Shown piece after piece: positions 13,469 to 26,373 of a stretch of DNA of 64,000 nucleotides. This DNA is from Octopus vulgaris. Lineage: Eukaryota. How positions within the stretch are numbered: the stretch's first letter is position 1; each line of letters starts with the position of its first letter. A program made the position numbers and the translations under genes. The notes beneath the pieces are model-generated. The model made no database searches. It was given only the letters and a program-made list of their open reading frames with translations, and was not told where the DNA came from. The stretch covers positions 147,374,001-147,438,000 of the forward strand of contig OX597816.1 of the NCBI GenBank assembly GCA_951406725.2, given 5' to 3'.

Positions 13469-13538
<70 letters not shown>

Positions 13539-14264
13539 CGTATATATAATATATATATATAATCATATATATATTATTTATATTATATATATATGCATGT
13601 ATGTGCGTATATTATATATACATATATATATATCGAGAGAGAGAGACAGACAGAGACAAAAATATGGAGAGGTAGACAGATAGTTATGGATACAGATAAA
13701 GATATTCATTAGTGTGTGTGCGTGTGTGTGTGTAAACGTTTATGTAAGTACATATATCTATGTATCTACACGCACACATAAACATACATATATATATATA
13801 TATATTGAAAGAGGTAGATATAACAGAGAGCTACATAACAGCATATAAAATTTAGAGATATCTATTTGCATGTAATCGTGTGGGTGTATTTTATATCCAG
13901 ATATAGGCCAAGATTAAAGAAAAATGCATTTACATGCTGTATTTGTGTTATTTCATCTATATATATTTATACAATGGCAAACATAGTATATGCGAACATA
14001 AAACGAACAAACACGCAAAAAATTACATGTCTACCTATACTTATGTAGATATGTACGTATATATGTATATGCATTTATTCGCCCACGTATATGTATTTTA
14101 TATGCATGTACGTAATCAAATTTATGAGTGTGAAATAGTTTCTGCATAGTTATCAAAGAAATTTTTGCGATAATGCGAAATATTAATCAAGACGCAGTAT
14201 CAAGAATATGATCAAAATGTATAGCAGCAAACATAAAACCAAAAATCTAGAATAGCGAAGATGG

Positions 14265-14422
14265 TCGTGATGTTGACGACGACGAAGACGCCGATTGTGA
14301 TGTTGATGATGATAATAACAACAACAACAATAGCAATAATAATAATAATAATAATAATAATGATGATAATAATAATGATGATAATAATAATGATGATAAT
14401 AATAATAATAATAATAATGATG

Positions 14423-14470
<48 letters not shown>

Positions 14471-14480
14471 CAATAATAAT
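14265..14480. repeat. Compound trinucleotide microsatellite (GAC/GAT/AAC/AAT)
   Basis: Directly visible; it produces the poly-I and poly-Y pseudo-ORFs. Confidence 0.9.
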
Positions 14481-14939
14481 TATACTGCTGTGAAAATACT
14501 TTGATAATTTTAATGAGAATTTGGTTCATGTGAGCAGATTCTTGTGAAATCGATTGCCTTTCAAGACAGGGGAAATGCGTGGAGACGGGGCAGTGTTTGG
14601 ATACTTACTTATTGTATATATAACAATAGAAGTATTGAGCTTCAAAATGTCGGTTTGAATGCGAGGGAAGAAGCGAGAAAAAGATGGCTGAAGGGAGGAA
14701 GGAAAGATGGGTGTTTTAGAAAAATGAAACGATTGAAGAAAAAGATGTTAGTTGAAGCAGAAGGAATACAAATTTAGGAAAAAAATGGAAAGAGATTGGA
14801 GCATATAAAATAGAGAAAATGAGGGCGATAGAGGAGTTTAAGAACATAAGAAATATAAAAGAACCTCATCACAGAAACAAGAACAACGGCACCAAATACA
14901 GAACTAGCAATAACAAATAAAATAAAATTATGAATAATA

Positions 14940-14982
<43 letters not shown>

Positions 14983-15805
14983 TGATGAATAATGGAAGCA
15001 ATTGCAAGACGAAATAAAGGATTTGATTAATCACCAATACCTCTTTCTACATCACCACCAGCATGGTGAGAGCTACAGCGGCAACGACGCTGACGCTGAC
15101 AGTGGCAATCATAGCGCAGAACGGAGAGAATTCTAATGACAAACTGAAAAATATGTAAAGTGAACGATTTGATTACGTTGAAGATGGTGATGACAGTCCA
15201 TACCATAATAAAGATAAGCAGGAGAGACTAATAACTACAACAGAGACTCTGCAAACAGTTTGGACCTAATATCTCTGTGTTTTATAACCGTGTAATAAAT
15301 AGAAATACCTTCTCATTATAGTACTAACATTCTAGTGCCTTCTTGACATATATTGAGTTTGAGCGATAATCGGATATGTAATTCAGATGTTTGTTAAAGT
15401 CGACATTTAATATTAGTAATTCTGGCATGTCTGGTTGGGGTGTTAGTTTTTACATCCAAGGAGTGTTGTATGACCAATATTTGACAGTTAAATATATAAC
15501 GAGAATAGTACATGCGCGTGATGATATGAATGAGGCACCCGTGGAAGAAATCAAATTTAGAAACTTTGCAGCAGATTTAATACGTAACACTATTACATTT
15601 ATTCAAATTTACCCAATGTAAATTGTTTGAAAGTAGGTCTCTTACTTTGGTAAATGTAATTTTACGATTGCATTTCATTTCTATTAATTACATGATGTAG
15701 TCAATATTGTACATGTTGGCTGCGAATGATTTAAATAGGATACGTTGGTGTAATCCCTGGTGTTTGAATTATCGTCTACGCAGCTTTGATTTATTCTCTT
15801 ATAAG

Positions 15806-15840
<35 letters not shown>

Positions 15841-18799
15841 CAGTAAGCGGAGTTAATATGTTTGAGACATTTGTCATTTCACTATGAAATGAATATTGAG
15901 AATTTGCAACAAGTTCTTTACATACACACAAGAATATCAAAACAAATATATGATTATCTACATAATAAAGTTTTTATAGTAACACAAATCTTACTTACAC
16001 AGCACTAGGTAATCAAATCAGTATTAAGCTGTATCACGGGCAATAATTAAACAAGTATGCTTCGTTCTATATAGGAAATAATTTTCAACACTATAAGGGA
16101 GAATAACAAGTTTCTGAGCTGGCAGAATAATTTTCGCATAGCGTTGCATCTTCAGGCACTTTCACTCTCTCAGATACAAAAAACAGATCTTAAAGCGAAA
16201 ATATTCAGTACAGAATTTTGATGCTAGCGCATACGTGCACACTTAGAGTGCAATGGATATTGTAAATAAGCACTACGGTCTGCTAAATTGTTTCTTTTTT
16301 GTTTTAAAGGTAAATATTTATTTTTGAAGCCGAAACCTCAAGCATATGATTTGGAATTCAAATCTTAACCATAATATGAATGCAATATGATAGTTTATTT
16401 GCAAATAGATACAACACTCACACGCGCATACAAACGTACACGCACACACACATACGTACAAACACTCACAAATACATGAAGACTGACACATCACAGCAGG
16501 CAAATATTTACCTTATATATCATATTGTTTCCCGTATGATTGTACTCACATTTCATGAGAATATTGAACGTATCTACGATATGGAGAGTTGCAGTTCCGT
16601 ACAAAATATTTTTGTATACTTCTATATATGATATATTGTAAAACGTGGATTCTCACTCTCCCCTTTTCTGTCTCTCTCTACCCTTCTTTAGTTTTTCAGG
16701 CTACAAACACACACACGCACAAACACGCACAGAGAGAGAGACGTACCCGTACACACAGATAAACATGCACTCATAAACATATATATATATATAAAGGAAG
16801 ACAATTATACATGTAATCAGAAGAGCAAATTTAGCAGAAAAATGTGAAAATATGAAGCGATAGCCGCAGCGGAAGATGCGTACACGAACATATATGGCCA
16901 ATAAAAGAAACAGAAAGGAATCTAAAGATTCGTGTTACACCTTTTATCGAGAAAAGTAAACTATACCAAATTTACCTCTGTTTACATGGCAAACCTGATG
17001 TATGAAAATTACTTTACATCTGCTAGACACACATTTAACATATAACATAACTACTGTTTTCAATTACACTTGTTTATATTTCCGTAGAAGTACAACATGT
17101 ATATAAATATAAATGCGTTCTTATCTATATCTATCTATACATATATGTATCGAATTACAATATATATCTTAACTAAAGTATGTCACTATATACTATCTCA
17201 TCTGCACAGAGAATACATGTATAATCAAATCCAGATCTACCATATAATGGATATCTGTCTTCCCTTCGTAAACATATATAGCTATTATAACTCCAATACA
17301 AATGGTTTCTAGATTCTCGACAGTAAACTTGTATTTTTGTATTGCGTAATATAACTAGCATTTGATCATATTTCTGAGTATATTGCTTCCCGTTCCAGAA
17401 TAATTTCTTTAATATGCACACATTAATATATTTATTTAATATACTCCCAACTATTATACAATCGTAACAATACACCATTTCCTAATACATGAATCCCTTT
17501 TCTAATTATTTGCCTTTATTATGCATTAAGTGACAGATTATATTTCATTGCATGCAGTTATATATTATTTATTACTCTTCGTTTATTTTTCATAGCCGTT
17601 TGTTTTTATTTTTCTAAATCCTTAAACATATACGTTTAGAGAACAGCATGAGAAACGAAAAGTGAAATCAATTATATATAATTATAGCATACTTAATGCA
17701 TTGAGTTGCAGGCATTCTATCTCAATTTCATCTATGTATAACTTTCAAAACAAATAATGACGACGCTCACATACACACATGTGTGACTGCTTGTCTGTCA
17801 GTACGTGTGTTCTGCACAAAAGGTAAAAAAAGAGTATTTATTTTATTAATCATTTATTACTTCCAACCAGTCAACTGTGTCAGTTCGGAATACAAACTAC
17901 TAGAATTATTATTCGATTTTGTACATTACAATACTTATTTCAGTAAGGCTCTTATTCTTTTATTCCAGATTACACGACATAAATGCCAACAAAACGTGAC
18001 ACAGATAGACACTCATGCAAACCGAAGTACCTAGATGTGTACAATGGGCTTCTGCATATTTTATGCCTAGTATATGCCAACATCAATTAGTTGATCAGCT
18101 TGAGGCTATAGTTGAAATTATGTGTGCAAGCTGCTGCGCATGAAGACGAAACCGGACCACGCGTTTGCAAGCCAATATTTTTAACTACGTGCTAATAAAT
18201 GCACACACACTTGCATTGGTTATCTTCAATCATTCCTCTTAGGCCATTTTTGTTTTTAATAAAACCCTGGTCATAAATTATCATTGGTGACTCTGGTTAA
18301 AATGTCTGTGTCTCTTGCTGTAGTCAAAGTAGAATAACGCAGTGATGATGAAGCCTAAAAAATGAGAAACGCGCTGACATATCCATTTTTTTCTTCAGAA
18401 AAATATGTTTGTTTTCTTAATATTATTTGAATTCCGAAACATTTCGAGATTATTTTCTCCTCTTAATTAGAGTCTGTTGCAATTGCCTCTGGTTGCTTGC
18501 TTACTGTTTAAAGAAACGCAAATAATTCTAAGAAAGGAAGAGATTATATTTTACGTCATTTAGTACAATTTTCATTGTCCTTACACAAATTCATGCCACC
18601 AGCTAGATTGAGTTATTTCTTTTAACTCATTCATTCACATACCCAGGCCTGCACGATCATATACATTCGTATATATATATATAAATATATATATATAATT
18701 ATAAAATATTTTATAAAATTTACCTATGAGGTTTTTATTTCCGCGCTGACTACCTGGTAAAATCATTAATGATTTTTAACCTTTATTATAATATATATA

Positions 18800-18831
<32 letters not shown>

Positions 18832-18920
18832 CATGCATGCATGCATGTATGTATGTATGTATGTATGTATGTATGTATGTATGTATGTATGTATGTATGT
18901 ATTATGTATGATTGTATGTA

Positions 18921-18962
<42 letters not shown>

Positions 18963-18984
18963 AATGTAAACTCAAGATTGCAAT

Positions 18985-19593
18985 ATTTCATTAAAAAAAC
19001 AGAATTATATTTGTCACTAAATGTGACTAGGGTGTTAAAAAACACCTAAATTGTTAGAAATAAGAGTTAAAATGTTCTAATGAATATATATATACACTGA
19101 CAGGGACCATAATTGTCTGAAAAATACCGACCAAGAATTCTTGATTGATACATCAGTTTCGGCAATTTCCGTTGCCACCATCAGTTAGACCAGCAATAGA
19201 GAATTTTAGCACTCTTTCTATCAATATAGGTGTTTTTAGCACACTACTCACATTTAGTGACAATTATAATCCTCCTCTTTGGTGAAATACTACTACCTGC
19301 TGTCTACAATAATTTTATGTATACACATTAACGAATCGCTAAATCATTCATTAATTTGGATGACCAAAACATATATACTAACAGAGAAACAGGTCGGAAA
19401 TATCCAAACACCGAACTGGGAAAGGACACTGCCGAAACTGATGCGTTAGTCGTAAGAATTCTCGGTCGCTATTTTTCGGACACTTATGATCCCTGTCAGT
19501 GTATATTTTTTATTCATGTGAGTTAACTACAATATTAGAGCATTTTAGCGCTTCTTTCTAGCAATGTAGGTGCTTTTCAAGACCCTAGTCACA

Positions 19594-19600
<7 letters not shown>
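18985..19600. mobile_element. Penelope-pLTR-like repeat with inverted and direct partial copies
   Basis: ~19011-19170 is the diverged reverse complement of ~19430-19598. ~19196-19270 is a direct partial copy of ~19533-19598. A degenerate hammerhead-like motif lies at 19141-19190 (-). Confidence 0.6.
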
Positions 19601-19636
<36 letters not shown>

Positions 19637-19783
19637 TAAGAAAGTTGGTTTGTGAAAGCACGTGGGTGAATATATAAAAAATAGTAAATATATAAAAAAA
19701 TTTTCTAATATTCTTCAGACATATTGACGCAAATATATATATTTTTTAACATTTAAGCCTTCTGTCGTTTTTTCACTCTTTAC

Positions 19784-19828
<45 letters not shown>

Positions 19829-19839
19829 TTGTGTGGATT

Positions 19840-20027
<188 letters not shown>

Positions 20028-20137
20028 CCTGCTCGATTAGCGAGCGGGGTGGCGTCGTTCGAAGGCTAAAACAATGAGATCGCAATGTGACCAGCGATGT
20101 GTAGCAACATCTGATGGTCTGGTCGGTCATGTGATCC

Positions 20138-20187
<50 letters not shown>

Positions 20188-20586
20188 TACGAAGTCATGC
20201 AGCTACTGTTTACATCTCACTCAGAGATTTATTATTGCTTGTTTCTCCTTTTTCGATATCAACGACGGTTTGTCAGTGGAAAATCATATAGTATTTTGCG
20301 TTTGGAATTAGTACTCATCCCTGGCTTGTGATTGTCACACGCTGATCACGTAAGGCTAGAGATGTGCATCACGTAAGGCTAGAGTTGGGAACAATGATTT
20401 CCATTAGCAAATACTGATCGGACACAGACAGAGTGTCATTAGCCAGCTGGAGGAGATGTCTTCCTGGACCTATAAACAACAGTAGCATCGTCCCGTATGG
20501 GTCAGCCACATTTAGGTGGCGAATATAATTCACGATGTCATGCTACTACTGTTTACATCTCGCCCAGACGTTTATTATTGCTTATG

Positions 20587-20627
<41 letters not shown>

Positions 20628-20787
20628 ATGTGTGTGTGCGTGTGTGTGTGTGTCTATGTCTGTGTGTGTCTGTGTCTGTGTGTGTGTCTGTGTGTGTATG
20701 AATGTACATATATTTGTATTTATATATATATGTATGTTTATACACGCACACACTCACACACACACACACACACACACCCAAACACAC

Positions 20788-20821
<34 letters not shown>

Positions 20822-21410
20822 CCAAGAATGTGGAACTGTATAAATATGTATATTTTAATCGAGACCATGCCGCAGCAATTCATGCAAGAGGAAGTGTCTA
20901 TCCACGTTATTTATTTTATTCTATTGATATTTTGTTTATCTGTATGGTCACTTTTCTGCACAAAGCAAATACTAATAATATGGTTTCTATGTTAGTATAC
21001 ATTCTGATATTTTCTTGTACAACTCTCCTAGTCTCCGAAACATCGCTCCTTCTCTATCTTTCTTTTAATCTCTTTTTCGATCATGTGCGTTATTTCACGT
21101 TCTCTCGGATATTAAATCTAACTTCTCTGGAAGACTAAATCTCCTAATAAAAAAAAAAACACTTTTATTCTACGCTTCATTTACAAAACACTTTATTAGA
21201 ATTAATCCTAATTTACAGCTATCCTAGACGCGTAAAGCATAGGAATATCTATTACGAAGAGAGAAAATTATATGATGCAGATATGCTCACATTTACACAT
21301 ATTTATGTGGAGATACTGAGTCTCATACTCACACACAGACGCCCCCCCCCACACACACACACATACGAAGGAACATACACAAACGCATACATTATACATA
21401 AAAGATTCAA

Positions 21411-21443
<33 letters not shown>

Positions 21444-21531
21444 TAGATAGATAGATAGTTAGAAAGACAGACAGTTATGTAGATAGACCGACAGACAGAC
21501 AGATAGACAGATAGATAGACAGATAGACAGA

Positions 21532-21563
<32 letters not shown>

Positions 21564-22216
21564 GATTAAGCACACTCATATGCCAGTGTGTGTACGTTTT
21601 TGTGTGCTTCTGTTTTGTTTATTCTACTTGTAATCTATAAATGTTCTTTATGTGTACAAAGATAAATTTATTAGTGGCGGCTTTAATATTGCTTTTGCCT
21701 GCTTTCTTCTGCAATTTTAGTCAACGCAATATTAAAGAGCAAATATTAAGTAACGGCAAGCAGAAGAGACATAATGATTTAAAGCAACGAGATGCTTGAT
21801 AAAACTGGCACTGTTTACTTGCTAATAGGTTTATTATTCCTCTAGCTAGACTAATTAGTCAATTATAACATATAGAGTGGGTGGCTGTGGTAGTATTAGT
21901 ACAGTGTTGAATAGAGACATTAAGGTTATTATCATTGTGAAAGGAATAGCGTTACTGTGTCACATGAAATGCTGGCTGGGCCCTATACTGAGTGATAGTT
22001 GGTGGTGCTTTTATGCGTATTGGTTGATGTCTAGAGCCAAGTAAGGTGTTGTAGAGAGGACGTATTTTCTATGTGATTCCAATCTTGATCATCCTAGCTT
22101 TTCTGAGTTATCATTATATTGATGTGTCGTTCACTTTTCACTATGTTATGATGTGTTTTGACGGAAAATTGTATGGAATCTGTAGCGGCTGGCGAAATTA
22201 TTTGCCTGTGTATAAG

Positions 22217-22288
<72 letters not shown>

Positions 22289-22635
22289 CTATACAATATA
22301 TAATACATATACACACACACAATATTTATAAATATATATAATATATATACATACATCACATACATACATATATATATATATATACACACACAAACACACA
22401 CACACACACACAACACATACACACACATACATACATATATATATATATATATAATACATACATATACCACCACAATATTTATACATATATATATTATATA
22501 CATACATACATACTTATTTATTATTATATATATAATATATATACATACATACATAATACATACCACATCATACATTATATATATTATATATATACATACA
22601 TACATACATATACATATATATATATACATATATAC

Positions 22636-22668
<33 letters not shown>

Positions 22669-22669
22669 C

Positions 22670-22702
<33 letters not shown>

Positions 22703-22703
22703 C

Positions 22704-22736
<33 letters not shown>

Positions 22737-22759
22737 CATACATATATATATATATATAT

Positions 22760-22792
<33 letters not shown>

Positions 22793-22807
22793 CATATATA
22801 TACATAC

Positions 22808-22858
<51 letters not shown>

Positions 22859-22875
22859 TATACATACATACATAC

Positions 22876-22915
<40 letters not shown>

Positions 22916-23469
22916 TATACATACATACATACATAAAACCTTTCTAAGTTATTCTAAGTTACATATATATATATATATATATAATGTACTGAGCCGTGAT
23001 AGAATATTCAACAGAAAATGTACTCTATCTAGTGAGAAATAAATATTATTTAAAGTTCACAATACATGTATTAAAACGCTACTATTTCATATACTGAAAG
23101 AACTCAAATATATGCTTCAGGGGCTAACAACATATCATAACGAACTAAAAAAAATTGAATAAATAAAAGAAACGCGACGAAGCTGAGAAGGCAGCATATA
23201 GAAAACGCAGACAGTAAACAAAGGAAAACGAAAATTGCAAAACGAGACTAGAATGTCAAAAGTTAAAAAGTGCTATCCTCCTTAGGCCTTAAATGACGAA
23301 GGCCGGAAGATATCAAGTTAATCAGGAATAGGCGGAATTTTCCAATTCTTCAGAATATATTTATATATATGCATGCAGCCACTTAAAATTTCTGGCCTGG
23401 AGTTCACTAGAGCGTAAGGGGTCTTAGATCTGAACGTCGTCTGCGCTCTTTTGTTATCATACGTGGTTT

Positions 23470-23522
23470 GCGCCTGAAGAATATGTTTGATTTCTCTTAA
23501 CATATGAAACTATTTGTAGCGC
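23470..23522 (+). ncRNA. Putative minimal type-I hammerhead ribozyme (canonical core)
   Basis: gcgc-CTGAAGA-atatgtt[tgatttctctt]aacatat-GAAAC[tattt]GTA-gcgc: stem I 4 bp, stem II 7 bp, stem III 2 bp, GUA cleavage triplet. Confidence 0.7.
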
Positions 23523-23777
23523 TTTAATACATGTATTGTGACATTTAAATAATAATAATAATGATAATATATATATTATATAATGAGTGTGTGGAGCAAT
23601 AATTGTGTCGAACGAACCACTATCCCCCACCTCCTTTCGGCTCGATGAACTAGGAAATGAATCTGAAGTTTTGCCATACCGATTGTTACTCAACAAATGG
23701 ATCACTCATCAATTCGTTACTTCTCTGCATTTTGAGAAATTGCCTGACGATTTCTCTTTGTGTTTTCATGTTTGGAT

Positions 23778-23833
<56 letters not shown>

Positions 23834-23887
23834 TAGATGAGTGTATTTTTACCTTGTTAACAATTATTGACGAGTTTCGTTTTTTTC

Positions 23888-23973
23888 ACTTTCCTGAAGA
23901 GAAGATTGCATTGTTTATACCATTTATTCTTTTGAATAGTATCAGTGGAATTTTCGAAACATGTATCGAAAGT
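23888..23973 (+). ncRNA. Putative minimal type-I hammerhead ribozyme (long stem II, one stem-III mismatch)
   Basis: actttc-CTGAAGA-gaagatt...aattttc-GAAAC atgt ATC-gaaagt, with a 6-bp stem I. Confidence 0.55.
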
Positions 23974-24015
23974 AAAAATATTTGATTTACACCTGCGTTA
24001 AACTCCATTTATTTA

Positions 24016-24057
<42 letters not shown>

Positions 24058-24934
24058 TGGATTATATATAAATATATATACGTATATATGAATGGGACCA
24101 GATGCGATTTATCGCTCTTGTGTATAACTTCAAGCTATTTTAACACCAGGCGAATTGATGAGAATATATTCTCCTACACTTGCAAGCGCAGCCTACCATG
24201 AACTAGGGATACACATGCTTTGTGGAAATATATATTCGATATTGTTTATATATATATATATATATGCATGTATATGTGATTGAGTGGGGAAATGAATACA
24301 GTGACACTCCTCTCATAGACCTCGGTTTCTTGCATTCTGATATGATCGACACAAACTTCCGTTGTTTGTATAGATAGAGACGTCGTGCAACAGAAGTATT
24401 TTATTCTAGCAATTTCCTCAATATATAATAGACACACTTCTCCACATTACGAGCCAAATTGTACGTCAGATTAAATTCTCGAAGGAACGGACTATTATGA
24501 TGATCCTCATCGATATCAATTAATCCAAAAATGTATTCATACAATTGTGTGATGATTTAATTTATCGATCGGAGCGGATAATATAAGACTTCTTGTACTT
24601 TTATCTATGTCGTTATGACCTATAAAGTTTGAAACTAAGGGAGATGTTAACCATGCTAGGCCTTTAAATAGCTGAGCATCATTCAATTAATCCACCATCC
24701 ATACAATATAGATATTCTATAGAATATCCTACCAAAGAAAAGACAAATTTATTATAATTCTAGTCAGTTGAGTGTGTGTGTGTGTGTGTGTGAAAGAGAG
24801 GAAGAGAGAGAGAATATGTATGCAAATGAACAAAAGAGTAAAATTAAGACATGATGTAGATATTTTATTCGTGATTTACTTTAATTTCTCAAACAACATG
24901 CTGACTACATGGAAGTTATTTACCCCATAGATAT

Positions 24935-25240
24935 ACAGTCACATGTCTGGCTGTGTAGTAAGAAATTCTCTTCCCGACCATATGGTTCAGGATTTAGTCC
25001 CACTGCGTGGCACCTTCAACGTGTATCATCTACTAGAGTCTTTGGTTGACCAAAACTCTGTGACTGGAATTGGTCGGCGGAAACTGAAAGAATCCCGTTT
25101 TAAATTGTGTGGGCGCGCGTGTGTGTGGGTGTGTATTTCTATGAGAGTTTTTCTTTTTTCTGTGTTTGTCCCCTCTCAACCGGTGTCCCAGCATGACTAC
25201 AGTTTAATAACTAAAACAAGAAAAAGACGAACATATGTAT
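24935..25240 (+). mobile_element. SINE family C, degenerate
   Basis: tggctgtgtagtaag...gaccatatggttc...cccactgcgtggcacct...ggaaactgaaagaatcccg, with tail ggtgtcccagcatgact. Confidence 0.7.
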
Positions 25241-25288
25241 AAGAAAGATATACATATATACATATACATTTACACACACACACAACTC

Positions 25289-25331
<43 letters not shown>

Positions 25332-25484
25332 CATACATATATATATACATATATATATATATACATAAAAATTAAATATAAAATTATAATATATTAATAT
25401 ATAATATAATAAATTTGTAAAAAAAATAAAAAATATAAAAATATATAAATTATATATTAATATTAATAATAATATTTAATATTG

Positions 25485-25525
<41 letters not shown>

Positions 25526-25626
25526 ACTTATAAATTTAATATAATATAAATATATTATATATATATTATATATATATATAAATATATATAAACAATATAA
25601 ATAATAATATAAATATTTATATAATA

Positions 25627-25675
<49 letters not shown>

Positions 25676-26319
25676 TATTTTATAAAAGGTCTGATTTCCT
25701 CTTCCGCAGAATAAAAGAATTCACACCACGTAATATTTACTAATTTTCCTGACACAAACGCAATCCCAAACACCCGTCCGAACAAAACCAACTGAACGGA
25801 CTGGCTTTATGTTCCACACAAAATTGCTATAAGCCTTGCCCAAGTTGTACTCTCTCACTCTCTCTCTCTCTCTCTCTCTCTTTCTTTCTTTCCCCTTCTT
25901 TCTTCGTCTTCCACCCTATCTTCCTCTGAGCAGCAACCATTTTAAAAATTGTTTATGCTATTCCTGCTCTCTAAACGTTATAATAACAATTCTTCAAACC
26001 TATAGCGACTCACTTTTGCGAATTGTACTGGCTGCTGGTGTGCCATACCAGCTTTGGCAGCTACAATTCAATAGACTTTCAATACTGATTTTGTTCGATC
26101 TTCCAAGCATTACGCTAAAAGTTCTCCGACACTTTTTTGTCACATATCAGTTGTCTGCAATACCAGTCTCATATGTCTTACCTGCAGTCATCAACTATAG
26201 AATGTTAAGCTTCATGCAAAATTATTAACAAGACATTACGTTTTCTTACAACAGCTCTGATGTACATATAAATCCATACGTTCGAACACACAACACACAG
26301 ATGTATATGTATGTATGTA

Positions 26320-26373
<54 letters not shown>

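Noticed and set aside
15063-15158. Short ORF MVRATAATTLTLTVAIIAQNGENS as a possible CCN signal-peptide exon
   Set aside because: It runs to a stop with no suitable donor, lies in degraded trinucleotide-like sequence, and no IGFBP or VWC exons follow.
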